This document shows positions 1 through 8,950 of a stretch of DNA of 64,000 nt, one piece after another (position 1 is the stretch's first letter; each line of letters starts with the position of its first letter). Source of the DNA: Fimbriimonadales bacterium (lineage in GTDB: Bacteria; Armatimonadota; Fimbriimonadia; Fimbriimonadales; ATM1). The position numbers and the translations under genes were made by a program. Location: assembly GCA_041744215.1 (NCBI GenBank), contig JBGTLG010000004.1, positions 1 through 64,000 on the forward strand, in the 5' to 3' direction. Below the pieces are notes generated by a model. It saw nothing but the letters and a program-made list of their open reading frames with translations. It ran no database searches and was not told where the DNA came from.

Positions 1-363
1 ATAGCGGCCTTGAAGCGAATCACCTCCCTTACGAAAGTAATCCGATCGTGCAGACCCGGTGACAATAAATTTGTGATCCTCCTTATGTTTGTCATAAAGA
101 CCTTTAATAAGATTTCGCCAGTTTCTGTATTTATGAATCTCATCCAAAACCGTAAGATTGCCATCCCACGCAAATTGATCTCTTAAAATCAGACTCTTGT
201 CGCTAACCCGATCCCAATTGAGATACGAGGCGTTTTTAACGCTAGGAGGTTTGAGAAACTGTAAAGCCAAAGTCGTTTTGCCTACCTGCCTTGGCCCCCC
301 GATAAAAACCATTTTCTTATCAAGGGCTTTTTCCACGGCCTGAGTTAAATAGCGATCTTTCAT
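1..363 (-). CDS. AAA+ ATPase (AAA_14/DUF4143-type), 5' part only, runs off the window
   Basis: My translation (not in the ORF track): MKDRYLTQAVEKALDKKMVFIGGPRQVGKTT...VLDEIHKYRNWRNLIKGLYD...FIVTGSAR. Walker A is GPRQVGKT and Walker B is VLDE. An alternative ATG lies at 369. GC is much lower than in the rest of the window. Confidence 0.85.
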   Translation of the reverse strand, partial: MKDRYLTQAVEKALDKKMVFIGGPRQVGKTTLALQFLKPPSVKNASYLNWDRVSDKSLILRDQFAWDGNLTVLDEIHKYRNWRNLIKGLYDKHKEDHKFIVTGSARSDYFRKGGDSLQGRY

Positions 364-445
364 ATACATATTAAAATACTCCGGACTAGTTTAAAGTCAA
401 TATTACAATGTTCCGTATTTGTTTAAGCTTGTTCTTTAGGAATTC

Positions 446-518
446 TGAGCCGTGTAGGGATCGAACCTACGACAAGCTGATTAAGAGTCAGCTGCTCTAC
501 CAACTGAGCTAACGCCCC
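446..518 (-). tRNA. tRNA-Lys(CTT), acceptor stem imperfect, no encoded CCA
   Basis: Reverse complement is GGGGCGTTAGCTCAGTTGGTAGAGCAGCTGACTCTTAATCAGCTTGTCGTAGGTTCGATCCCTACACGGCTCA. D, anticodon (CTT) and T arms are intact. G4.G69 is mismatched. Confidence 0.93.
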
Positions 519-530
519 ATGCGGAGCGAA

Positions 531-1298
531 TCATACCCCGAAAAACCGCTCAGCATTACCCGTCGACAGCGCACCGCACTCCTCGGCCGAAACCCCCAAA
601 ACACCCGCCAAACTCGCATTGATCAAACCAATCATCGCAGGCTCGTTTGGCTTGCCGCGATATGGCTCCGGCGACAAGTAAGGCGCATCTGTCTCAAGCA
701 TCAATCGCTCACGCGGCACAGAACCCAAAACCGAACGCAACCCATCGTTCTTCTTGTAAGTCACTGGCCCATCGACACCAAACCACATCCCAAGCTCAAC
801 CGCGCGAACTGCATCCACATCGTCGCCGCCAAAACAGTGCAGCACCATCTTATCAGGCGCAACAGACAACCCCGCAACCCAATCCAATAAATCCGAATAC
901 GCCTCGCGACAATGAAAAACCACAGGCATCCCAGATGAAACCGCCAGCTCCAAATGATCCGCAGTGCACGCGCGCTGCTGCTCAACGGTCGCATGATCCC
1001 AATGATAATCTAAACCGATCTCGCCAATACCAACAACCTTCGGATGATCGAGCATCGCTTCGATCGCGCCCAAATCCGAACGCGTATACTTCGCCGCATA
1101 GTTCGGATGCCAGCCGACAACCGCAAAAACACCATCAAACACATCCGACAACTCAACCGCGACACGCGAAGTCTCCGTATCACACCCAACAACAATAACG
1201 CGATCAACGCCATTAGCGCGAGCGCGATCCAATGTAATGGCAACAGAAGGAAACGCATCGCCAAAATTCAAATGACAATGCGTGTCGACTAAACGCAA
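531..1298 (-). CDS. tatD: TatD family deoxyribonuclease
   Basis: Motifs DTHCHL, GWHP, IGEIGLDY, HCREA, LHCF, ETDAPYL, NEP. Confidence 0.95.
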   Translation of the reverse strand: MRLVDTHCHLNFGDAFPSVAITLDRARANGVDRVIVVGCDTETSRVAVELSDVFDGVFAVVGWHPNYAAKYTRSDLGAIEAMLDHPKVVGIGEIGLDYHWDHATVEQQRACTADHLELAVSSGMPVVFHCREAYSDLLDWVAGLSVAPDKMVLHCFGGDDVDAVRAVELGMWFGVDGPVTYKKNDGLRSVLGSVPRERLMLETDAPYLSPEPYRGKPNEPAMIGLINASLAGVLGVSAEECGALSTGNAERFFGV

Positions 1299-1319
1299 AC
1301 AAGGCCCCCGAAAACAAAC

Positions 1320-1814
1320 CTATCCATGACCGCAACCATCGCCGCTAATCTGCGAAAGCAAGTGAGAAAGCAAACCGCCGATCGCCTCAACCCCCTCCCT
1401 CGCACCAGAAGGCGAACCCGGCAAACAAACGATCAATACAGAACCGCGAACACCAACAACGCAGCGAGACAAAGCGGCAAAAGAAGTCCGCTCCAATCCA
1501 TAACCCAATATCGAATGCTCAATGCCATTTGCGCGCTTATCCAAAAGCGGCAAAACAGCCTCGGGAGTTACGTCCCGAGGACTGAAGCCGGTGCCGCCGG
1601 TCAAAAAGACCGCAGAACAAGAATCGCACAAACCTAAAACCGCATCGCGAATCAGGTGCAGCTCATCAGCAACGATTCGAGTCTCAAAATGGATCGCGCC
1701 AAGCGCAGACAACGCCGACACAATCGCAGGGCCGCTCGCGTCATCGTCGACGCTCCGCGTGTCCGAAACGGTTATCACGCCGAAGCAAGCCCCGCTTATT
1801 CGTTCCGTGTCCAA
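1320..1814 (-). CDS. Molybdopterin adenylyltransferase (MogA/MoaB family)
   Basis: [30 protein letters not shown]; adjacent to moaC. Confidence 0.92.
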   Translation of the reverse strand: MDTERISGACFGVITVSDTRSVDDDASGPAIVSALSALGAIHFETRIVADELHLIRDAVLGLCDSCSAVFLTGGTGFSPRDVTPEAVLPLLDKRANGIEHSILGYGLERTSFAALSRCVVGVRGSVLIVCLPGSPSGAREGVEAIGGLLSHLLSQISGDGCGHG

Positions 1815-2260
1815 TCCTGCTTCCCTCCTGTCTTTTCCAACAGTCTTATCTCGCGAATCTCAATCCCATGACCTGCCGCCTTCAACATGTCATAAACCGT
1901 CAAAGCCGCAACAGAAACCGCAGTCAATGCCTCCATCTCAACCCCAGTCTGCGCCTCAGCCGAAGCGTCCGCAACGATCCGAACCCCGCCCCCCTCCAAA
2001 AAAAGCCGAACGCCAATGTGCGAAAGAGGAAGCTGATGACAAAGAGGAATCAACTCAAAAGTGCGCTTCGCAGCCTGAATCCCAGCAATCTGAGCAACAG
2101 AAAAAACATCCCCCTTCGGATGACCGTCGATCGCCGCAATATGCTCGCGCAATAGCGAAACGAAACCCTCCGCAACCGCCCGCCGACGAGACACGCCCTT
2201 CTCCCCAACGTCAACCATCCGCGCCTTCCCCTCAGAATCCAAGTGGCTCAACTCTGCCAT
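1796..2260 (-). CDS. moaC: Cyclic pyranopterin monophosphate synthase MoaC
   Basis: [51 protein letters not shown]. Confidence 0.96.
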   Translation of the reverse strand: MAELSHLDSEGKARMVDVGEKGVSRRRAVAEGFVSLLREHIAAIDGHPKGDVFSVAQIAGIQAAKRTFELIPLCHQLPLSHIGVRLFLEGGGVRIVADASAEAQTGVEMEALTAVSVAALTVYDMLKAAGHGIEIREIRLLEKTGGKQDWTRNE

Positions 2261-2500
2261 AAATCCAGCGTACCTAACCCCCGCCTTTTCGTTCCCATCC
2301 GCAACGTCTGCATGTCACAAATCCCTGTTCGCCGCCCTAAAAATCTCTCAGCGCAACTACACTACTCTTGCACGCACAAAACGAGGGGGAGGCACCTCTC
2401 GCGTTCAACTGACGTGCCCGCTCGGTTGGAACCACACTCCGCGTCCCAGCGGATTCGCCCCGGCACCCTCGCACCTTGGGCCATACTCCGGATTGGCCGG

Positions 2501-5195
2501 ATGACTCCCCAGGAATTCATAAACAAGTGGCGCGACGCCAACCTTCGGGAGAGGCAGTTTGCACAAGAGCACTTTCTCGATATCTGCCGCCTTGTTGGTC
2601 ACCCGACCCCTGCACAGGTGGACAAGGACGGTTCAGAGTTCTGCTTCGAGCGTGGTGCTAAGAAGCGCGCTGGCGAGGATGGCTGGGCCAGACGTCTGGA
2701 AGCGTGGAGCCTTCGCGTGGGAGTACAAGGGCAAGCGCGCCTATCTGCAGCAGGCTCTCCATCAGGTCGAACAGTACCAGGCAGACCTCGAAAGTCCACC
2801 GCTGCTGGTAGCCGCCGACGCCCGCAAAATCCAGGTTCACACCCGTTTCACCAATACAGCAAGTGAAGTGATCGACATCGACTTGCTCAGCGTCGACCAG
2901 CCGGTCGTCCTGCAGTTACTCAGAAACGTCTTTCACAATCCCGAAGCCTTTCGCCCGAAAGCCACTCGCGACGAAGTCACGAAAGAAGCAGCGGCTACCG
3001 TGGGCGACTTGGCAAAGGTTCTGAAGAACCGAGGTGAGGATTCTCAGAAAGTCGCCCACTTCTTGGTGCAGTGCGTATTCTGCTTCTTTGCAGAAGACAT
3101 CGGACTCCTGCCCGACAAGCTCTTTCAACAGATACACGACAATGCTGGTCACAGCATCGAGCGATACGTCAAGGCAGTCACCAGCTTGTTTGAGCAGATG
3201 CGCGCCGGTGGCGATTTGTTCGCGCTCGAGATTCGATACTTCAATGGGCGGCTATTCGAGTCCATTGACCCGCCGAACTTGGCGAACGCCGACCTGCTGA
3301 TCCTCCAGCGCCTGGCCCGCATGGACTGGTCACAAATCCAGCCCGAAGTCATCGGAACGCTTTTCGAGCGGGGCCTCGATGACTCGAGCAAGGCTAAGCT
3401 CGGCGCACACTACACTAGCGCAGACGACATCATGGCGATCATCGAGCCAGTCGTATTGTGGCCGCTGCGCGACGAGTTCCAGGCTGCTCAAGATCGTGTC
3501 CAAAAGCACCCAAAGAAAGCCGCAGCCGAGATTCAATTGTTGATTGATCGAATAGAGAGGCTGCGCGTGCTTGACCCTGCCTGCGGTTCCGGAAACTTCC
3601 TTTATATGGCGCTGAAAGCTGTTAAGGACTTGGAACTCGAGATAGCCAACTGGGCGGAGCAATTCGGTCCCCGACCATCCCTCGTGTTCTCGCCGGAGCA
3701 ACTCTACGGAATCGAGATCAATTCTTATGCGCACGAGTTGGCAGGCATGGTGATTTGGCTTGGCTATCTGCAGTGGATGCACGCAAACGGTCAAGTTTTC
3801 GATGAGGAACCCGTCCTGAAGCCACTCGACAACATCCGGCAAATGGATGCTTTGCTGACCGACGACGATCAGATCCCGGACTGGCCCGAGGCCGATTTCA
3901 TCATTGGGAATCCTCCCTTTATCGGGTCAAAAAAAATGCGCAAAGAACTGGGCGACCAATACGTAGATCGCCTTTTCAAAGTCTATGACGGCACTGTGCG
4001 CCGCGAGTCCGATTTCGTTTGTTATTGGCACGAGCGCGCGCGCCAATTGGTCGTGCACAACCGGGCGCAGCGCGTCGGACTGCTTGCTACGAATTCCATC
4101 CGAGGCGGTGCGAATCAGGAGACTATTCGAAAGATCAAGGAAACTTGCAACTTGTATGCAGCGTGGTCAGACCGCCCATGGATTCTTGATGGCGCGGCCG
4201 TGCGATGCTCAATGGTCATGTTTGATCGTGGAAATGAGAAGCGACGGCAACTCGACGGGCGTAGGGTGACGACAATCAATGCGGATCTCACCGACGAGCC
4301 CGCCGACCTCACACAGGCGGTTATCCTAAGAGAGAATACTGGACTAGCATTCATGGGCGACACAAAGGGTGGATCTTTCGACATTTCCGTACAGGTTGCG
4401 GAACATTTGCTTGAGCAATCAAACCCTCACGGACGACCCAACTCTGATGTGGTTCGCCCATGGATCAACGGGAAGGACATCGTCCAGCGGCCCCGCAACA
4501 TGTGGATCATCGACTTTGGTGTTGACATGGCTCCATCGGACGCCGCAAGGTATGAGGCCCCATTCGAGTATGTAAAAGAACATATCTATCCGATTAGAAC
4601 GGAGAATCGAAGGGAAGCGTATGCGAAGAGATGGTGGCTCCATGTCGAACCTCGACCGGCGATGCGAGCAGCGCTATCGCCGCTCTCGCGATTCATTGTC
4701 ACGCCTCGTGTGTCCGAGCATCGACTTTTCGTGTGGGTTTTGCACCCGACGTTGCCTGATAGCGCCACGATCGCCTTCGCTCGCGAAGACGACTTTTTCT
4801 TCGGGATCCTCCATTCTCGGGTTCATGAGTTGTGGTCTAGGCGCCTCCGCACCTCCCTGGAGGATCGCTTTCGATACACGCCCACGACCTGCTTCGAGAC
4901 ATTCCCGTTCCCGACGATAGAACCTGGCGATCCACGCGCCCGAGAAGTGGCAGACGCAGCGGCTGAACTCGTCAACCTCCGGGACACCGCACTGACCGGC
5001 GACAAGAAACTGACGCTGACCAAGCTGTACAACAAACGACCAACCTGGCTCGCGAACGCGCATAGCAAAGTGGATGCGGCGGTTATCGCCGCCTATGATT
5101 GGCCATCAAGCGTATCTGACAGCGAGATCTTGGAACGGCTCTTGGACGAGAACAAGCGGCGCTCTCTAGCCGAGAGGGGGCTTGGGGGTAGGTAG
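2501..5195 (+). pseudogene. MmeI/YeeA-like type IIL restriction-modification enzyme (endonuclease plus N6-adenine methyltransferase) with a +1 frameshift near 2690
   Basis: ATG2501 MTPQEFINKW...EDGWA continues in the next frame as DVWKRGAFAWEYKGK (PD-(D/E)xK-like). Downstream: GAHYT, VLDPACGSGNFL (motif I), IGNPPF (motif IV), RYTPTTCFETFPFP and an LTLTKLYN..P.WL..AH..VD.AV..AY.W C-terminus. Confidence 0.85.
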
Positions 5196-5491
5196 GACCG
5201 CCAACATCTACAGCTTCCGATGCTCGCTGGTCGTACTTTGCCGCCAGCGGATTGCCGTGGTTGCTTTTCCAGAGGGAGCCCCTTCGCCCGCGCAAGCCCG
5301 AATGCCCCGCACCTCGCATGGCCGCCGACCGGAGCCAGATTGAAGCTAGGAGCAACGTTAAGGTCGAGTTCCGGTGCACCACACATCCGAGGCACTGACG
5401 TGGGACGGGCGGGATCGCCTCCGTCGCGTCGAACCCGATGACGGGTAATCTCCGTCCATTGACAGACGACTTATCAGAGAGCGATTCGAGA

Positions 5492-6235
5492 ATGAACACG
5501 GAGGTCTTTCCGAACGCGCCCATAGTTGAGGCGATCCTTGACATCCGGACTAACCTGCCGGAGGACATTGACCTCGCCGCCCTCGCGAAGTTCCAGGAGT
5601 CCGTCCGAGAGCGCTATCCCAAACGTGCCGATCGCGTTGTGTGGCAAAGTGGCTTTCAAGTGGGGCAAGCTGGTGCGGTGGCAACCCACGCCTCTCAAAA
5701 TACACACGGATACCAGTTTACTTCTGAGGACGGCAAGAAGGTAGCGCAAGCGCGATTGGATGGTTTCACGCATAACAAGCTGAAGCCTTACGATCGGTGG
5801 GGGCGATTTGTCGAGGAGGCGAAAGAGCTTTGGGGCATCTATCGAGAAGTTGCGCGCCCGATTAACATCACGCGCATCGCCATTCGCTACATCAACCGGA
5901 TTGAGGTGCCCATTCCGATTGAGGACATCAAGGAGTTTTTGCTGACTGGACCCGAGATCGCACAAGGCGCCCCCCGAGCCATGGCCTCCTACTTCATGCG
6001 CCTTGTTCTTGTGAAGCAACATGTGGACCACGTCGCAATCGTCACCGAAGCCACCGACCAAGCACCGGACGACCTGAGATTCATGCCGATCATCTTTGAT
6101 ATTGACGTTTACCTTGAGAGAGTTTTCCAGCCCGAAGACGACACTATCTGGTCGGAGTTCGAGGCCATGAGGGAAATGAGGAACGAAGTGTTTTTCAGCA
6201 GCGTCACGGATAAGTGCAAGGAGTTGTTTCGATGA
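5492..6235 (+). CDS. TIGR04255-like conserved protein of unknown function
   Basis: N-terminal FPNAPIVEAILDIR, Y..W..F, RIAIRYINRI, IIFDID, C-terminal F...VTD. Family recognised from memory. Start moved to ATG5492. Confidence 0.7.
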   Translation: MNTEVFPNAPIVEAILDIRTNLPEDIDLAALAKFQESVRERYPKRADRVVWQSGFQVGQAGAVATHASQNTHGYQFTSEDGKKVAQARLDGFTHNKLKPYDRWGRFVEEAKELWGIYREVARPINITRIAIRYINRIEVPIPIEDIKEFLLTGPEIAQGAPRAMASYFMRLVLVKQHVDHVAIVTEATDQAPDDLRFMPIIFDIDVYLERVFQPEDDTIWSEFEAMREMRNEVFFSSVTDKCKELFR

Positions 6236-6654
6236 GTGTTTTTGCGCCCAACAGGCCGATAAGGCGAGCATTTTCGGGATTTGGCCTCAGTACCGAGTAT
6301 AGCCAGATCGAAAAGTTGGAGCAAGACATCGAGCGCCACTACTGGGCTCCGGTGTCTCGAGTCTCCCCATCGAAGCGATTCGCGGAACTCAGCGCAACGT
6401 GGAGGAGCGATACTGCGTTCACTTCTTCTGCCCTTCAGATGGCCACTCACCCTGCGTACCAAGAAATAATCGGTATGGGACCCGATGCTCTTCCGCTGAT
6501 CCTGCGAGAGCTTGCCGAGCGCCCGGCCCACTGGTTCTGGGCCCTTACGTCGATCAGCGGAGTGAACCCCATTGAGCCAGCGATTCGCGGCAAGTTTTCG
6601 GATATGACAAAGGCTTGGCTCGATTGGGGGCGCAAAAGGGGCTACATCGAGTGA
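6232..6654 (+). CDS. Hypothetical small helical protein (HPAYQEIIGMG..ALPLILREL..WFWAL)
   Basis: ATGA overlap with the upstream stop and GTGA overlap with the downstream start; ordered globular sequence with a HEAT-like helical pair. Confidence 0.75.
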   Translation: MSVFAPNRPIRRAFSGFGLSTEYSQIEKLEQDIERHYWAPVSRVSPSKRFAELSATWRSDTAFTSSALQMATHPAYQEIIGMGPDALPLILRELAERPAHWFWALTSISGVNPIEPAIRGKFSDMTKAWLDWGRKRGYIE

Positions 6655-7085
6655 ATCCCCTTGAGGCGGCATTCCCCAAACTTGCGCAAGCTGGATACGC
6701 GATTACAAGCCCCGCCACCACTGATTACAACTGCATCGCCTGGGCCGCGCAAGATGTTTCGGCTTGGTGGTGGCCCGATCCTCATGGCCAATACTTCTGG
6801 CCGATCGGCGTACCGCGCGAAACAAGTTTGCAGGCATTTGAACTGGCGTACGAAGAGCTTGGATTTACCAGGTGCGCCGACGGCACTGTGGAACAAGGCC
6901 AAGAGAAAATCGCGATCTACGCAGATAGCCAAGGATTGCCAACCCATGCGGCACGACTGCTGCTATCCGGCAGGTGGACCAGCAAACTCGGTCCGTACGT
7001 GGACATTGAGCACGGCACCGTTCAAGGGGTCGAGGGACCCGACTATGGCACCGTCGCCTTTTTCATGCGCCGTCCGCTGCCTTAG
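6651..7085 (+). CDS. Hypothetical protein, putative papain/NlpC-P60-like Cys-His enzyme
   Basis: GTG start overlaps the upstream TGA; motifs YNCIAWA, THAAR, WTSKLG, IEH. Confidence 0.7.
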   Translation: MNPLEAAFPKLAQAGYAITSPATTDYNCIAWAAQDVSAWWWPDPHGQYFWPIGVPRETSLQAFELAYEELGFTRCADGTVEQGQEKIAIYADSQGLPTHAARLLLSGRWTSKLGPYVDIEHGTVQGVEGPDYGTVAFFMRRPLP

Positions 7086-7095
7086 TCCGGCGCGC

Positions 7096-7263
7096 CCCAT
7101 CCCCCGCGCCCCCGACGCCGACCGAGTCGCGATCCAATCCCTCGTCCAGCAAATCCTCGACCTCAAAGCCGCCGCCCCCACCGCCGACGTGAGCAAGCTG
7201 GAAGCCGAGATAGACATCGCCATCGAATCCCACGGCGGCTTGCCCGGCGCATTCGACGAGGGC
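7096..7263 (+). pseudogene. Fused relics: C-terminus of a type IIG R-M protein (7096-7215) and a possible Doc/Fic N-terminal fragment (7216-7263)
   Basis: PIPRAPDADRVAIQSLVQQILDLKAAAPTADVSKLEAEID resembles Eco57I/TaqI-like C-termini. IAIESHGGLPGAFDEG resembles the Doc GGLPGVRDEG motif. No start codon. Confidence 0.5.
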
Positions 7264-7351
7264 ATTCCACCCGTGACATGCACTCGATTTGGGCTATTGA
7301 GTGCATCCGCTCCGACTAATGCGCCCAATGCGTGCATACCCTGGCCACTCG

Positions 7352-7555
7352 TCACTCTGCAAGGCGCTTCAATGCCCTGCCGTATTCCTTGATCGTGCGC
7401 TCGGCGGCTTCCGTGACGGTGAGGGGCTTGCGGAGGATGATGCGGCCCGTCTCATAGACGACTTCGACCGTGTCGGTGATATCGAGGTGGTCCTGCATAG
7501 TCTTATCGATCGTGAGGGCCTTGCTGTTGCCGGTTCGGATGAGCTTGCGAGTCAT
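7352..7555 (-). CDS. AbrB/MazE-family antitoxin (Doc-partner type), no intact toxin adjacent
   Basis: RKLIRTGNSKALTI swapped-hairpin motif; C-terminal EYGRALKRLAE. Confidence 0.85.
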   Translation of the reverse strand: MTRKLIRTGNSKALTIDKTMQDHLDITDTVEVVYETGRIILRKPLTVTEAAERTIKEYGRALKRLAE

Positions 7556-7977
7556 AGTCTTGTCCGTACTCCATTATGACCCGTTTGGAGGCTCCTCTGT
7601 TCCCGGGTTCTTGCTGGGTTTGCCTCGCGCCAGGTTTACTGTCGCCACGCTTCCGCCGCGCGGCGACGCTCCCAACCCCCGGGCCCCACTATCCCCCGTT
7701 CTAAGCTCCTGGCCCTAACCGAAATCACCGTCCTGGCCATAACTCCCCACCCGTAAGCGCAACGCCCCAGGTTGACAATCCCCATCCCCGAGGCCCAATG
7801 CCGGGCGGCGCTATAACTTAAGAGCTGCCGAGCGGCCGCAACGCGCGCCACCCGCCAGCCGCAAACCCGCCCCGAGTAAGGTCAAACCGACCCCGTTAAC
7901 AATTAAACAGCGTGATGACTCCGATGAGTCCTGCGAGGCGGTAGCAAAACCCCAGCCACCCCGTCAACTGCCTCATC

Positions 7978-8003
7978 GAAACGTCGCCAGAACAAAGTGC
8001 GTC
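7978..8003 (+). promoter_or_regulatory. Putative ECF sigma promoter
   Basis: GAAAC-N17-CGTC, 32 nt upstream of ATG8036. Confidence 0.4.
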
Positions 8004-8035
8004 CGTAGGCCCGGTTGTGCGTCAAACTAACCGGA

Positions 8036-8890
8036 ATGCTCAGCCTCATCTTGGCGCTTCAGATTGGGTCGCTCGCCCCGCCCGTCACGTTCGCAAGTCC
8101 AGACGGGCCAGTCCAGATCGACTCGTTACGAGGGTCCTGGATCCTCATCGGATCTGGATTGTCGCCGGAGGCGAGCACATCGCTGCACGAGTTGAAGATC
8201 GACGGAGCTCGAATCCATTTCGAACATCTCGGAGCAGGCGATGCGTCGCTGCGCGACGCACTCGGCTTGGCAGGAGGGAAGAGGGTTCTCCTATTCAATC
8301 CCAATCTTAGGCTTGTCAAGGCTTGGGACTCCGAGCCCGAGCCAGGCTTTGCACAAGCGCTCCGGAACTGGTTCGAGAGAAGGGGAATCGAACCTGGCGA
8401 AACCGCTGTCGACCCTCGGCCGTTCTTGGTCGAGTCCGGAGCGATCACCCAACTTAATGCTCCGAAAGGCCTGGTAATCCTGTTCCTGCAGAGCGACGGC
8501 GCGGTCGACCAGCTGTATCGGGACCGGTTGAAAGCTGCCGGCGCAGCCGCAAAAGCGGCTGGGCTGGGTGTTCTTGGGCTTTTCCCCGCATTCGATGAAG
8601 AGATCGAAGCAGTTGCTGCTTGGTCCGAGGAGTTGGATTTCCAGTGCGCGGTCGACCCTGGGTCGGTATTCGCCGACGCGTATCGCGCCACGCGCACTCC
8701 AGAGGTGTTTGTGCTAAACAGCAGCGGCAAGGTCGTTTACACCGGATCCGTCGATTCAAACACCTGGGAAGATGACGGGATGAAGACGTACCTGTTGAAT
8801 GCAATCGCCGCTGTATCTGAAGGCAGGGCAGTTCGCCCGTCACGGACGTTTCCGTTTGGGACCACGATCCGGCGCACAGGGAACGAATAG
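8036..8890 (+). CDS. Exported tandem thioredoxin-fold (redoxin/AhpC-TSA-like) protein lacking catalytic Cys
   Basis: Short signal-like N-terminus; A.RTPEVFVL..G.VVY.G.VD and final FGTTI (usually GCxI). Confidence 0.7.
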   Translation: MLSLILALQIGSLAPPVTFASPDGPVQIDSLRGSWILIGSGLSPEASTSLHELKIDGARIHFEHLGAGDASLRDALGLAGGKRVLLFNPNLRLVKAWDSEPEPGFAQALRNWFERRGIEPGETAVDPRPFLVESGAITQLNAPKGLVILFLQSDGAVDQLYRDRLKAAGAAAKAAGLGVLGLFPAFDEEIEAVAAWSEELDFQCAVDPGSVFADAYRATRTPEVFVLNSSGKVVYTGSVDSNTWEDDGMKTYLLNAIAAVSEGRAVRPSRTFPFGTTIRRTGNE

Positions 8891-8950
8891 CTGTTTTTGA
8901 CTAACCTGAGGCTTTTGTTTCATAATTCCTAGCTTTCATAGGAAGTAGGA

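Larger units (their letters stand above)
2388..7598. mobile_element. Probable defence/accessory island (R-M gene, three-gene cassette, toxin-antitoxin relics); no integrase seen
   Basis: Gene content; base skew differs from both flanks; 11/12-bp direct repeat GGAGGC(A/T)CCTCT at 2388-2399 and 7587-7598. Confidence 0.45.

Noticed and set aside
6963-7355. ORF downstream of the AbrB antitoxin as its toxin
   Set aside because: No Fic/Doc, PIN or MazF motif; it is mostly the antisense of the relic region.
7772-7817. TTGACA...TATAAC sigma70 promoter
   Set aside because: The spacer is about twice the allowed length.
7910-8010. Hammerhead-ribozyme-like words (CCGATGAG...CGAAAC...GTC) and hairpins
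   Set aside because: The core reads CCGATGA instead of CTGATGA and no stem I can form across the would-be cleavage site. GAAAC...CGTC is better explained as an ECF promoter.
8891-8950. SAM or T-box riboswitch upstream of the transsulfuration-hom operon
   Set aside because: The gap is only 60 nt and has no conserved elements.
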